From: Lama guanicoe
Lineage: Eukaryota
Assembly (NCBI GenBank): GCA_013239625.1
Contig: MU054391.1
Span: 9,395,095 to 9,459,094, forward strand
DNA length: 64,000 nt
Direction of reading: 5' to 3'
Positions 23,721 through 36,318 of this stretch are shown one piece after another. The position numbers and the translations under genes are program-made. How positions within the stretch are numbered: the stretch's first letter is position 1; each line of letters starts with the position of its first letter. The notes beneath the pieces were generated by a model that saw only the letters and a program-made list of their open reading frames with translations, ran no database searches and was not told the DNA's origin.

Positions 23721-26700
23721 GAAAAATCAATCTGACGGGAAATTTCACCGATTTCCCATCTTTCTGAATTTCTTTTTAAATTCTTTCTTTCTGTTTCACT
23801 GCAAAGGCCCAGAGGTTGAACATGAAAGACCTTTAAAAGTGGAGAAAAAGGAGACAAAAGATACCAATTTCTTCTCCCATGGTACAGTCTTCGGTATGTG
23901 CTTTATTTTCCAATTAGATGGAGAGGTTCTTGAGACCCGCAGCCACGGCGCACCGAGGAGCCCCTGCTGGCTCTGTGGACTGTCCCCGACACACTGTCTG
24001 CGGGGTCCCTGGCAACCTCTGTGGGCTCTGCCTTGATGTCTCCTACAGAAGCAGAGGATGGACCTGAGAACCACAGATGTCAGAGCTCGAAGAAATTCCT
24101 TCCAGTCTTACAGAGCTGGAAACTGAAGGGATGTGAGCAGGATCCAGCAATGAGTCCATGCAGATTGAAAACAAGGATCCAGCTTGGCTAACTCCCGGTC
24201 CAGGGTTCTCCTCATCCCTGAAACTGACTGGGACGGGAGAGAAGATACCCAGATTCAGCATGAGAGACGGGGTTGTAAACAGGTGGGCTGTGGAGACCCG
24301 AGCTCAATCAAGCTGGATTTACACAAACGGCACCAGACAAGCACAGAGCAAGGGTGTCCACCTGCCCAGAGCCCGTCCCTCCAGCCTCCCGACTGGTTTA
24401 AAATATGGAGACTAATCCCACAGCAAAACTAGCCCCTCCATCCTCCCCGAAACATTCTGAGCTACTAGACAGCCTGGTCTCACTAGATCGAATTACAAAT
24501 GGCTTTGTAAGCGTTTCATGAATTTTGGAATTCTGCAAAGTCAAAGAAGTGTAATTGGCTTTTCATGTATACCTGAAATAATGATTTTAAAATTCCAGAT
24601 CATTTCAGAATCACAAAATGTGAGAGTTGAGAGAGGCTCTGGACCGTCTCTAATCTAATTCCTCATTTTACACGTGGGAACACTGAGGCCTGAGCAGGAC
24701 AAAAGACTTGAGACTGGGGGAGACTGGTGTTAACAGCATCGGTTTAGAGCCACAGTCACAGCTCAGGTACCCAGAGGACACAGGCAGGTAATGGAGTAAG
24801 CAAGGCTGGGATACCAGGAGGGGAGGAGGCACAATACTGAATGAGAAGGGCTCGGCAGGGTCCACTGAGAGTGGTCCCCACACAGCTCCAGAAATGGTTG
24901 CCATGGGGACATGCAAGCTGTGTTACCAGTTCTTTTTCCAAAAAAGCTGAAAGTCAGATTTTTATATGAAATCACTACCTTTAAAAAAGATCAACATCTG
25001 AGTCAGGAGTTTTAAACATTCTGTGGGCCAAAAATACCTGTCTGTGGGCAGGGGTTGGCAAGTGGGCCTTTGACCTGTGACCTCTGACCCAGAGGACGGA
25101 GGCCCAGCATATCAAGTCCAGCCAATGGGCCCTCCCCTCACTGCCTTTTCTACCTGTCCACCTGTCTCCTTCTGCCTTCTGAAGGGTGACAACTCATCTT
25201 TTCAGTCATCTGGGAACTTAAAGGTTGAGTCCTTCATCTCAGCTTTCTTCCTTGAAGTCAAATCACAAGAATACAGGGAATGCTGACCTCTGTAGTAAAT
25301 CACTTGGCTCCATAAAGATTTCCCCAGCTCAGCCTTAGTTTCCATTGATGTAAAAGCATTAAATTACCTCGACATAAGCCATGTGCACGCGGACCAAAAC
25401 AGAATGGGACCGTGTGATCCCAGGGTTAATATTCTGGTATAATAACATAATATATATAATGCAGTAATAATTCCTGCTTGGGCCTGGGGTTTTCCATGGA
25501 TCAGCTGCAGGACAGTCATCTAGCTCAAGCAAACCACAAAACCCAAAGAGAAATGGAAAGAACATTGTCTTACGTTTCCCCCCAAAACATACTGTTGAAA
25601 ATTAACAAGACGTCTTTGAAAGTATGCTCCAAATAGAAAAGTAATTAAAACAAGAAAATGCAGCCTCATCTCATTACCTTTCCTGCCCTGGAGAGAACCC
25701 ACCTGAGGCTGTAAAACCCCTCTGGGTAAACAGCTAACAGGCCTGACACCCAGATGCGTATTTACATCTAGTACGTTTATACTGACAAAATCTCGCTCCT
25801 TATTGGGAAGAGCCACAGGCAGCAAGGCTTCAGTTGGGAGCTCTGTAGCACTGGATAAAAGGCATTTCAAACGGTTTTCACACTCTAGCTCTGTGGGGCC
25901 CACTGTGCGAGATTCTGGGCGATGCCCTTACTGGCCGTCTCGTCCTGCACAGAGTCCTCCAGGGGACACAGCATCCAGCTAAGCCCTTTAGTGACCCTGC
26001 ATTCTGAAAAGATGAGCAGGTACCCTGCTCACTCCATCCTTACCCACATCTGTAATTCAAAACACGCTCCAAACTCAAACACAAACAAAACTGACGCTAT
26101 GAGAAAGTCAAAACAGCCTTTTCCTAGATGTCCAACGTTAAAAATGTCTAGATGAGTCCCTGAAACAGGAACTTTCTCCATTTTTACAGGGCTCTGCTTT
26201 GGGTGTCCCAAGCTTGGGTCCAGGCTGTCTGCTGGGCAAGAGGGCACTGGTCTTGCAGAGACAGGGCCCCAGTGAGGAGAGTGAGCACCTGGGCCGCCTT
26301 GAGACAAGGACGCAGGCCTTGAGCGCCCTGCAGAGGCCGCCTAGTTTAATGACCCACACCTGTAGCCAGGGGGGAACTTGATCCCAGGAATTCCCAGAAC
26401 GCCACATGCAGCTTCGCAATTTCAACTGCCTGTCAGTAAAATGCCTACCCAGCCCCTGATTGTCAAAATCTCCAAGAAAACAAAAGCACACTTCCAAAGC
26501 CTTGCACAGGAACTCCGGGATCCCATTGTTGACTTGCGTAGGTGGTGGCAAGTCAATGGGTGTATCTTTCAAAAAACTTACCTGAGAGGGTTTCAGGATC
26601 CCAGCACGATTAATTTTGCACCTTTGGCAAAGGAAGGAAATACACGTCCTGATTAATTAGGCATGAAAAACACAGTGAGCCTTGGACTTGAAACAAAGGA

Positions 26701-27329
26701 AGAGGCTTGAAAAGTCCTGGGTAACGATTCATCAATTAGCTCCCAAAGAAATGAATTAATCGCTTCTGCCTTTTGTCCCATTTACTCCTACAAATATGTT
26801 GCAAGCCTGTGTTTTCCTTCTGGCCTCTCAGCTGCGTCTCTGAAGTTCCCTGTTTCTGCAGGGATGTGTGTCCCTCATCTGGCCCAATCCTCCCTGACTA
26901 TGGATGCAGTCAGAGCATCCTCTGGTGTGCCCGATTCACGGATAATTAGCCTGAGCGACAAACGTCATCTGCTCAGGGTAACTGACTCTATATGAAGTCC
27001 GTTAAAAAAAAAAAAAAAGTCTGCTTTGGGCTTCACGGATTTGCATATGACATGATTATTTCTTAAGTCAAATGGAAATCACAGGAGGTCTAATCCTCTT
27101 TTATATCTGTAGGTCACCACTGCTGGTTCTGATGGCGGAAGAAGTAAGACAAATTCCTTAAGCACAGCACTATATTTTGACCCTAAGCACAGAATTTAAA
27201 TGGAGTTATTCTAGAATGTCCCTCAAAAATGGCAACGTGTTTATCCCTGGCACTAAAGACATTCAAGGCCCTCCAGGAGCCAGCCTGAGCCCAGCTACCT
27301 CTACAATTTCAATTACTGCTGTCATCCAG

Positions 27330-28620
27330 GAAAAGAGACCAAAATAAGAAGGTAAGATCGTATTTCTGCCTGGCAAATATTATTAAACATGCTCGAGATA
27401 TACAAGATATCCTTTATGTGTTCCTATACGAAGTGTCAATCGGTACAAACTTTCTGGAAAGCTAGCTGGCAAAATGTTTAGACACTTGGATCTGGTAACT
27501 TCACTTCCAGAGTTGACTCTAGGAGATTAATCAGCAAGACTGACCAAGATTTTCCATAAGGAAGCTTATCACAGTGTTATTAACACAGATGAAAAACTTG
27601 AAAAGAATTAATGTCCAACATTAGAGAATCGGTTAAGTAAATTATGTTTACAATCCAAGGTTAAATACCACGAAGTCATTTAAAATGGCGTTTACCAGGG
27701 GCTGGGGGTGGGAGTGAGGGGGCACTGGAAGGTGTGGATCGCAGGGTACAAAGGGTCAGTTACGCAGGATGAGTAAGTGTTAGGGACCTAACGTACAGCA
27801 GGTGATGATCACGGCGGACAATACTGTCCTGTATACTTGAAATTTGCAAAAACGATAGATCTTAAATCAAATATTCTCACCCTGTCAGGCAGTTAGATAG
27901 GAGTGGGCACCACGCAAGAGGAGGGAACAATCCAGAAGATAATCCATACACCTGTGCGCAGGATAAGGGGCTTCAAAGAGTTTTATTTTCTCTAAATGAG
28001 TGCCAGCAAAGAAACCAGTGAGAACCGGATGCTGTAACTATGTGGTGGAGAGAAGGACCCGACCTAACACAACCCAGTGCTCATTATAACGTAATCAGCA
28101 TTGCAGTTTGGGCCCCACCACCACCACCGTGGGCTTTTCTGTGTGAGGAAGAACATGTGCAAAGGAGGTGGGCATCCCCAGGCACCAAAGAGGCATGAGC
28201 GGTCAGTCATGAGAACGCTCCTAAGCCAGGATGTAAGACAGAGAAAGAAAGAAGGGGCGTGGCCATCATCCTCTTTGGGGTTGGCCCGCCTTCAGTTCTC
28301 CAAGGCGTACTTTGCTTTTTACACAACGCTTTAGTCTCCTGACTGAATTCTTTCTGGCAAGACAAGGACCAAGAAGTCTCCCCTCCTTGGTGTAACAAAC
28401 CCGTGTGCATACACACGCACGAATGATGACTGGGAGGTCATGGAAATGTGAATAACTTGACTGTAGTCATCATTTCACAGTGTTACATATCTCAAAACAT
28501 CACGGTGTATATACCTTAAATATATATATATATATTTTTTGTCAGTTATACCCCCATAAAGCTGGAAAAAAAAATAAAATGATGTTTACAACATATCCAT
28601 GAGGTGAACATATCCATCAT
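27330..28620 (+). mobile_element. Old L1ME-like 3' fragment interrupted by a younger L1 3' end (27696-28574)
   Basis: Host L1 text GGTACAAACTTTCTGGAAAGCTAGCTGGCAAAATG. The inner L1 ends CCCCATAAAGCTGGAAAAAAAAA and is flanked by a decayed TSD TAAAATGGCGTTTAC (27681) / TAAAATGATGTTTAC (28575). Confidence 0.75.
27883..28397 (+). mobile_element. ERV-type solo LTR (~515 bp) nested in an L1 3' UTR
   Basis: TGTCAGG...TGTAACA termini; flanks CACCC/AACCC; host L1 text resumes on both sides. U5-like GAATTCTTTC...CAAGGAC is shared with the LTR at 58420. Confidence 0.8.
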
Positions 28621-30569
28621 GAGTAGTCAAACCTGGCTATTTTTTTTAATATAGAGAAAGACAGTTTTCCCAATTTATTATAATGAAAATGTGCTACTCT
28701 TATAATGCAAAATATATTTTAAAACAAAAAGGATGATTCTCACAACACTCTATAAATGTAAAGTGTTATTTAATCATAATGGATTTTTAAAGTAAGCCAG
28801 TTTCTTGCTACTAAATTAAGAGAGGCAGAAAGTGAATTTGGTTCACTTTTAATAATGGCTTCAGAACAGATACAGTCTGTGGAACCTTCGTTTCTAGCCA
28901 AACTGAAAAATCAGCTTCACATCTGATGGATCTCGGCTTAAAAACATACAAAAGGAAGCTGCTATAAAGCAAGGCCCATAAAAAAGTCATTTGCCCGGAC
29001 CTCCCATTCACGTCCCGGCCAGCCCTCTCTGGCTATTAAGGTAACTGTTTGGAAAGAACACACTCCCCTCTGTGGTAATCAAAATGCGTCTTCTCCTCCA
29101 TCTGCCTCATAATGAGAAGTCATAATCTCCTTTTTATGACATCACCATAAAAGACATCAATAGAACAAAAAAAAATACATTGCTCCTGGTAATAACAGTG
29201 TTTGTTATGGAAATTGTAAAATGTTCCCATATAGGTGCAAGGCACTTTAATTAAGCCTTGTCAAAGAATATATTTTCAAAACATCTAAATCAGATATCGC
29301 ACAGCCCTGAACTTGCTGTCTTGGAAAAAAAAAAAATGCACCCGAGGGATTAAGCCTGGGGCTGAATCAATTTTCTTATTAAGAGCCTGCCTGGCTCAGG
29401 ATGTTTATCATGGAAGCTAAGCCAAGTCTCTCACTTGAAGTTCAACCTCGCTGTCAAGGGCTGAATTTTTTGAGCTTAGCATTTGGGGACCTATGGGCCC
29501 AAAGACGGTGCCAAGTTTCCTTCATAGGGCTGAACCCCATGGTGGCCCCGTCTGCCCCCCCCTTGCTGTGTTCTCCTCCAGGATGGACCTCCTCTACGTG
29601 GGGGGGTGGAGCTGAGACCGAGGGACTCCTATCACAGACTCCAGGTTCCAGGAAGCTTCCAGAAAGAGGGAAATGAGGCGTTGTGGACCCAGCCAAATTC
29701 TAAGAAATTTCATCACTTCCTTTTCATATTATCTAACTTTTCAAATTCCTTCTCAAAATAAAGGTAACGTGAGTGCCCCCTAATTTTCAAAGAATAACTG
29801 AAATGCACAGTAAAAAATAATCTCCCTTCACACGTTGGAGCTCACCCCTCATAAGGGAACCAACAGAGACAGCCTGGCGTGTATCTTTCCACACTTCCCT
29901 CCATGCTCATAAAACACATATAGGCGGTATCATTGTTTTTATTAAAATAGGGGCATTTCATACGCATTACTCTGCAATTTGTCTTTCTCCCTTAACAGCC
30001 CTCCAGGTCAACAGCTATAGGTCTAGGAAAATGGCATTTTCAAACATTCAGCTCTGCTCTCCTAAGCACTCGCTCTGGCCCAGGCACACACAGTGGTTAA
30101 GCTGCAAAACGCAACTCCATGGGGCCCCCACCGCGAAGGGGCACACAGTCCGGTGGGGGACAGATAGGCACATACCCTCAAGAATGCCCCAGGGAAGGGG
30201 TGAAGGAGGGCTCCACAAAGGAACGGTTGAGCTGAGTCTAGAAGGATGAATGGATCTCATCAAGCAGACAAGGATAAGAAGGGTGTTCTAAGATGCAGGA
30301 ACAGCATGTACGGAGGCACAGAGTCATTGAAGGAAACAATAAAAGTCTGGTGGGCCTAGAGGTGGGATTTTTCATGGGGAATAGGGGGCAGAAGACAGGA
30401 GATGCCAGGATGGATATTTAAGCTACAGTCAGCCTGGGAAAGGCCTGTTCTAGCAGAGCAAGGAGTTTACTTCTTACCTGTAGGTGATGGGGACCCACTG
30501 AAGGTCTAGAGCAAGGAAGGGGTCACTGTCGGATTTAGCCAGTGAGAGACCCTAGTGCAAGGTGGAAGG

Positions 30570-30928
30570 TGGGAGGAGGGAGGACCTTGGGTATCTTCCC
30601 TGCCTCTCTGCTTTTTGCAGCAACTTTGGATGTCACTGCCTCTCCTCTGCAGTCTTAACACCTACGTGGCATTTCTACAACTGCTCTGGCTTCTGCCCCG
30701 CAGCCCCTGCTTCCAGATACTGGTCCAGCATCCTTCCCCTTGGCTGTCCAGCCCTGGGCCAGAAGTGGATTCTGCTGTGGCTAATCTCTGGGTTGCCCCC
30801 TCCATCCTCTGCTTGGCTCTGTCCGCCCCATTCTTCCTTCACTGTGTATAACCAGTTCCCTGCTGGAAGTTCTTTCTATTAAAATACTTAACAGTGTTTC
30901 TATTTTCCGCTGGACCCTGACTGACACA
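30570..30928 (+). mobile_element. Ancient ERVL LTR (LTR33/40/41-like)
   Basis: 3' end GTATAACCAGTTCCCTG...GTGTTTCTATTTTCCGCTGGACCCTGACTGACACA. Confidence 0.6.
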
Positions 30929-32699
30929 CAGTACTTCCATTTCATCAGGATATTATGAAGCTATTAAAGTGGTTTCACAAAAGGTTTTAGTGTCGTGAAA
31001 AAACGTTTATGCTATAATATGAAAAACATAGCAAAATGCAAAACTGTCCTCGATATTACTTCAATTATGTTTTCAAAGTGGGATTTTTTTTCTTAAAGAC
31101 CACAAAGACAATGTTAAAACGTTTATAGTCATCTTTGGTTTGGGAATAGAATGATTTTCTTTTTCTTCTTTTCACTTTTCCACAGGTTCATCATTTTCAA
31201 TAATGAGTGTATTTTGAAGTTTACTTTTTCAAGCTGCCATCTCCTGATTCGAGTCTGACTGGGAACCAGGCATGCAGTCTCTTCCCACCTGCTTCCCCAG
31301 ATGTCCACGAACAGGCTCAAAGGAGTCACAGCCCCGTCCCCTCCCTTATCCAGTCCTCTCTCCCACCGCCATCCCCCTCCACCAAGAGGCATGGGGTGAG
31401 GAGGACCTTCACTCTGGGCATTGAAACTACTCTTACCCCCCTGACAGCTGACATCACCATGCGGCGGCTTCTCATCTGACTGCTGCTCTCCAGCCCCACC
31501 CCCATCAGAGGGCAGGAAGAGCACAGTGTCTGATGATGTCTTGGAGATGCTGCAGGAGGCTGTGCACATTCCCTGCGCTTCCTGGAGGAAAAGCAGGGAA
31601 TGACTGCCCAGGCTTCCCTGGCCCCGAAGCTACCTTGGCCCTGCACATGGGGAGCCCCACACGTACCTCCCTCTGGAGGCATCTCAGATCTGGCTTGAGG
31701 CACCAGGCCAGGAGTAAGTGGCCTATCAAGACACAGAGCTCTTGGCCTATTCTTTAGATCGATGGGTTCTGTCAACCCCACCTTCCCTGAGAGACTTTGT
31801 TTAAAAAAACACAGTCAGCTCAGACACACAAGCCTGAACAATTGCCCTTAATCCAAAAGTTTTCCAAGCCCCACGTTCGTGACTTTGCTTTTTCAAGGTC
31901 AACTGGCTCTTTAAAATGAGATGCAATGCACTACTGCACCCCCATTTACCAGCTGGTCAAATAGAGACAAAGACAAATTAAGTAATTAACAGTCTTTCCT
32001 AACTGTAAGTCAAGGCCACAGCTGACACTCAGACCCAGCTTCTTGGACTCATGATGCCACCACTACTGGCTCTCATGGAAGTTATTCTGGGGACTGCAGA
32101 AAAGCTGTCTGCAAAATAAATAAAAAATGAGAAAACAGCACGATTTTTGGCATTGCCAGATGTTCAGAAACAGTCCTTTGTTACATAAGCCTTTCCTCCT
32201 AACATCCTCATGGTGCTTCATGCATCCTCCAGCCCCCCCCCATACAATCCCCAGTGTCCCAGGCGAAGGATTGTCTGCCACCCACAGACAAAAAGATGCC
32301 ACATCACCAGGTACCTGTGACACTCAGAGCAGTCAACAGAGTGGGGAAGGTGCAGAGAAGAGGCAGCGAGTCAATCTGAGGGTTTGTCCCCTAAGCAGTC
32401 CGTCCTGTTTCTTGTAGGTGATCAGTCACTTCACCCACAATAAAAACATGCTCCCGACCTGCTCTTATCTGTTGACTACCATCCCAACTCAGTGGAAACC
32501 AAGGAAGTTATCTTCATTGAGAGGGATGGGAGGGCTGGTGAAGGAAGCAAGGAATTTACTGGGAGGTGATCCCAGCAAACACCACGGGGGAGACAGGGAA
32601 GAGGAGGAAGCAAGTCCCCAAACTGAACTGTTAAAGTTTCATCCCCTGGGGCAAGGACAGAGTTAGCCCACCTGAGATGGGGTTGCAGCTGGGGTATTT

Positions 32700-32808
32700 T
32701 TTTTTTAATTGAAGTATAGTCAGTTTACAACATTGTGTCAGTTTCTGGTGTACAGCATCATGTTTCAGTCATATATATACATACATGTTTTTCATACTCT
32801 TTTTAAGT
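32700..32808 (-). mobile_element. Short young L1 3' tip with perfect 13-bp TSD, inside an old MaLR-like LTR (~32510-32990)
   Basis: Poly-T then AATTGAAGTATAGTCAGTTTACAA. TSD AGCTGGGGTATTT at 32687-32699 and 32809-32821. Confidence 0.92.
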
Positions 32809-33058
32809 AGCTGGGGTATTTATATGGCACCTCCTGTCCATCCCTGGTTGAGGGCTGCTGGGGAGGGGCTTGTAAATTCTCTAGCAAACACATCTAAGGG
32901 GTGGCTGCTGGACAGGGAAATCAGAGAGGGCCTTGCATGTAGGCCAATGGTCAGGCCCCAGAGGGATGGGTGGGGGTCTGGGCCATAACAGAGGCCGAGA
33001 GAAAGCTCTGTTCAAGTTTATAGAGTTATGAAGAATAAATGGTGACAATACTATATAA

Positions 33059-33264
33059 CAGGGATTGGCGAATTTTTTCTGTAAAATGTATAAAACAGTA
33101 AATATTTTCGTCTCTGTGGACCACAGGATCTCTGTCACAACTACATAACTGTTTTTATAGAGCAAAAGCAGCCGTCAACAATACATAAAGGAATGAGTGA
33201 GGCTGTCTTCTAATAAAACTTTATTGACAAAACCGGGTGGCAGGCTAGATTGGACCAACCTCTG
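33059..33264 (+). mobile_element. MER58A-like hAT-Charlie MITE
   Basis: CAGGGATTGGCGAATTTTTTCTGTAAA...AATAAAACTTTATT...CCAACCTCTG; decayed 8-bp TSD CTATATAA/CTAAATAG. Confidence 0.8.
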
Positions 33265-34191
33265 CTAAATAGTAATAACCATCTATTGGACACCTACCCT
33301 GTATCAAGTGTCTTACATCTATTATCTCTTAATCTCTTAATGTTAAGTATTATTTTTCTTACTTCATAAAAAAAAGTGAGCTGGGGCTCGGAGAGGCTGG
33401 GTCACTCACCCAGTGACACCCAGCTGGTTAGTGGGAAGAACCAGGACCCATACTCAGGACAAGCTGGCCCCAAAGCCCACGTTAGTTTCCTACACTAGCA
33501 AAACCCCTACAAAAGATTTACCACTTATTACCAAAATATTTACAGAGAGTTGCTAAAAACAGAGGAACTTGATAAGTGAAAATCTGAGATATAATATTGT
33601 ATAAACAGGATAACACTAACTATATTTTTTAAATACCCAAGAAAAGCTTGGAGGGATATATACCACAATTTTTGGTGATCACTTCTGAGGGGGTAATATC
33701 ATAGCTTATTTTTATTTTTGTACTTTTCTCTAGTTTCCAACTATTTTACACTGGACACACGTAACTTTACTAAAACAAAAAATAATAATAACTTTCTTTT
33801 TTCCAAGTGTAGGTGTAAGTGGGACCACAGAGGAAGAAGTTATTTAACCTCAGTGATTTCTGAGATGGGATATAGCCATCCTGGGATGCTGATAGAGGAA
33901 AATATAAAATTTCTGTATTTATTTATTTACCTTAAAAGATAAGAATTTGCACTGTGCTAACTCAATACTCAGAATGACCCTGGCACCCTCTCCAATCCAT
34001 CTGTCATATGGCCACGTGTCTAGGACACATGGAATCCTGTTGGAAAACTGAGAATTTCCCAACGAGATGGCTTGACCATGGTGTCCATGTTTCATTGCTA
34101 CTTTCCTTGTACCCTAAATTATTTGGCCATCTGTTGTACTTGTGTGTACCCAGTTAAGTCACAGATTACACTATCTGGTGTTGATTTGAAA

Positions 34192-35900
34192 ATGGACAAA
34201 TGGTTTACAAAAATTTCTGCAAAGAAACATCTAGGTGAAGACCATTGTAACGCAGGTACAAGCAGACAAGATAAGGAGACGCTGCTACTTCTGAGTATGA
34301 ATTTTTTTCATCCACACTGCAAGATGGTATGATGCTATTCTACAATGATGATACTCTAATCAAATCACAGGGGAAGTAAACCCCCACCTCTCCCCCAACA
34401 ATTAAATTACAAGGGTTCTATTTGAAATTTGAATTTATAGCCACTAAAAGATAACCCATATTCCATAAACATACATAGGTTTGGCTTCGAAAGCGCAAAG
34501 CACCCAGACTATAGGATTTTTAAGAATTTCTCATTCTTCCTGGCACAGTAACATGGCTGAACTCATACACAGCTACAATATATCAATATGGTGATAAATT
34601 AAATTGCACTCTTTGTCAGAAATACACTTGGAAGACATGCAAAAGAATTTATGTAGGAAAATTTGGGGTAAATGATTATTTATGTGGTATCAATGCTTTG
34701 CCAGGCAGTTGAATTAAAGTGCAGATGTGTCTAACATGTCCCATTTTATGGATTTGGATTGGAAGTGTTTAATTCCAATGCCTCATACAGTTGCCCAGGT
34801 TGTGCACTGTACACTCCAGAAGGCATCACACACATTGCAGTCTATGCGGTGCTTGCCTCTGACATTGGGCAGGGCACATTCTGGGGGCCCTGATGTAGCG
34901 ACACATGAAGAACTACTTTATATGAAGCATAAAAGGAAAGTTATTGAAGAAGATATAATCTCAACAATTAAATTTGAAACAGTAACTGTGTTTTACAGAA
35001 ACACTGTAGAAACACAACCACTAAAATTGAAAACAGATTCCAGAGTGGGGTTACAGAGATAGTGTCATACACAAAATGCATTCCCAGCATCATTCATGGT
35101 ATCACAGCAAAGAAATATAAGATAGAGGTGCACATAGTGTCACAGAATATCATTGGTATAATTATATTTAAGGAGAAAAGGATATTTGTATAGTAGAATT
35201 TTCACAAAACTTCATAATAATGTAAGGCGTGACCATGACCTTCTTTTAGAAGACACAACATACTTGAAATAGGTACTGAATGAACTAGAAGCTGGGCTAT
35301 GCAGTTCTTCTTTACAAAGGGACAGGGTATCAAATTTAGTGATGGTAGTAAGTGACTCTCAGCAGCTGCCACAGGTAGATTTTTTTTTTAATCAGATTTA
35401 ATTTGACCCTTTAAGGTCAAGAGCGAGTGATGAAGTAACCACTTTTCCAAAGAAATTCGGGTGGAGAAGAGCATTTTCAAAAGCATTTCCATCACTGTGA
35501 TTTCTTACCAATAGCTTGGTTATCAGCTATAATAAGATTCACAGAGGCACACTCAACCAGAAGTCTCTAGCCTGCTTAAAATCTTCCAAATGAAGTTTCA
35601 ATGGGTTTTGGACCCACTTGTTTAAAAATACAAAAATGAAATATCTTCCAATTTGTTTGCAAGAATTACTGCCTGACATCCGGGAGACAGAAATTTACTA
35701 GCCCAATTTCAACAAAAACCTTTGTGTAATTGGTGGATGGCATTGAAAAATGAGAATCATAATTTAGTAAACACAGCCGCCCATGCCTTCTTCCATTTGG
35801 ATGCACATTTCTTTGTGAGGAATCCTTTTCACCTCTGACAGCCATTAAGATTATTTTTTTTAACTGAGCTTAAAACTTCAATACCTTGCTGTATCATCTA
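34192..35900 (+). pseudogene. Disrupted hAT/Buster-family transposase (ZBED5/FAM200-like)
   Basis: Manual translation gives MDKWFTKISAKK from 34192, QWVLDP at 35599, RNLLAQFQQKPLCNWWMALKNE, and LLPFGCTFLCEESFSPLTAIK at 35787-35849 (hAT C-terminal dimerization motif). Many stops and frameshifts. Confidence 0.85.
34775..34893 (+). mobile_element. MER91-like hAT-Tip100 MITE nested in the Charlie element
   Basis: CATACAGTTGCCCAGGTTGTGCACTGTACACTCCAG...GGGGCCCTG; a GC-richer island inside AT-rich transposase DNA. Confidence 0.65.
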
Positions 35901-36163
35901 GTGTGAAAATTTCAAAACTAATGAAGCATATCCGATCTTAATACTCACTTTAAAATATTACAACCAATTCTACTAGCAGCAAAACAAGGACTTTGTAATA
36001 CAATTTAGAATATTATCTGTGTCGTACTGATCTCAAACCTGACAATTTTTTATTTTTGTGTATGTTACATAATAACATATTTATATTTATATATAACAAT
36101 ACAAATAAATCATAGTACAGTAGCATATTTATAAGTATATAAAAATTAATAATATGTATATAT

Positions 36164-36318
36164 GGGGAAGGGTATAGCTCAGTGGTACAGTGCATGCCTA
36201 GCAGGCACGAAGTCCTGGGTTCAATCCCCAGTACCTCCACTAAATAAACAAACAAACCTAATTACCTCTCCCTCCTAACAAAAACAAATAAATAAATAAA
36301 AGATAAAATTTTTAAAAA
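36164..36318 (+). mobile_element. Full-length tRNA-derived SINE (camelid Vic-1-like)
   Basis: GGGGAAGGGTATAGCTCAGTGGTA (A box)...GGGTTCAATCCC (B box) CAGTACCTCCA, then AAACCTAATTACCTCTCCC and an A-rich tail. Confidence 0.92.

Noticed and set aside
31502..31515. CTCF-like motif CCATCAGAGGGCAG (also near 16248 and 58998)
   Set aside because: Imperfect matches of a degenerate motif; unsupported without a PWM score or ChIP data.
36164..36240. tRNA-like sequence with A and B boxes
   Set aside because: It is followed by a SINE-specific body and A-rich tail and a second copy exists at 246-302, so it is a SINE and not a tRNA gene.
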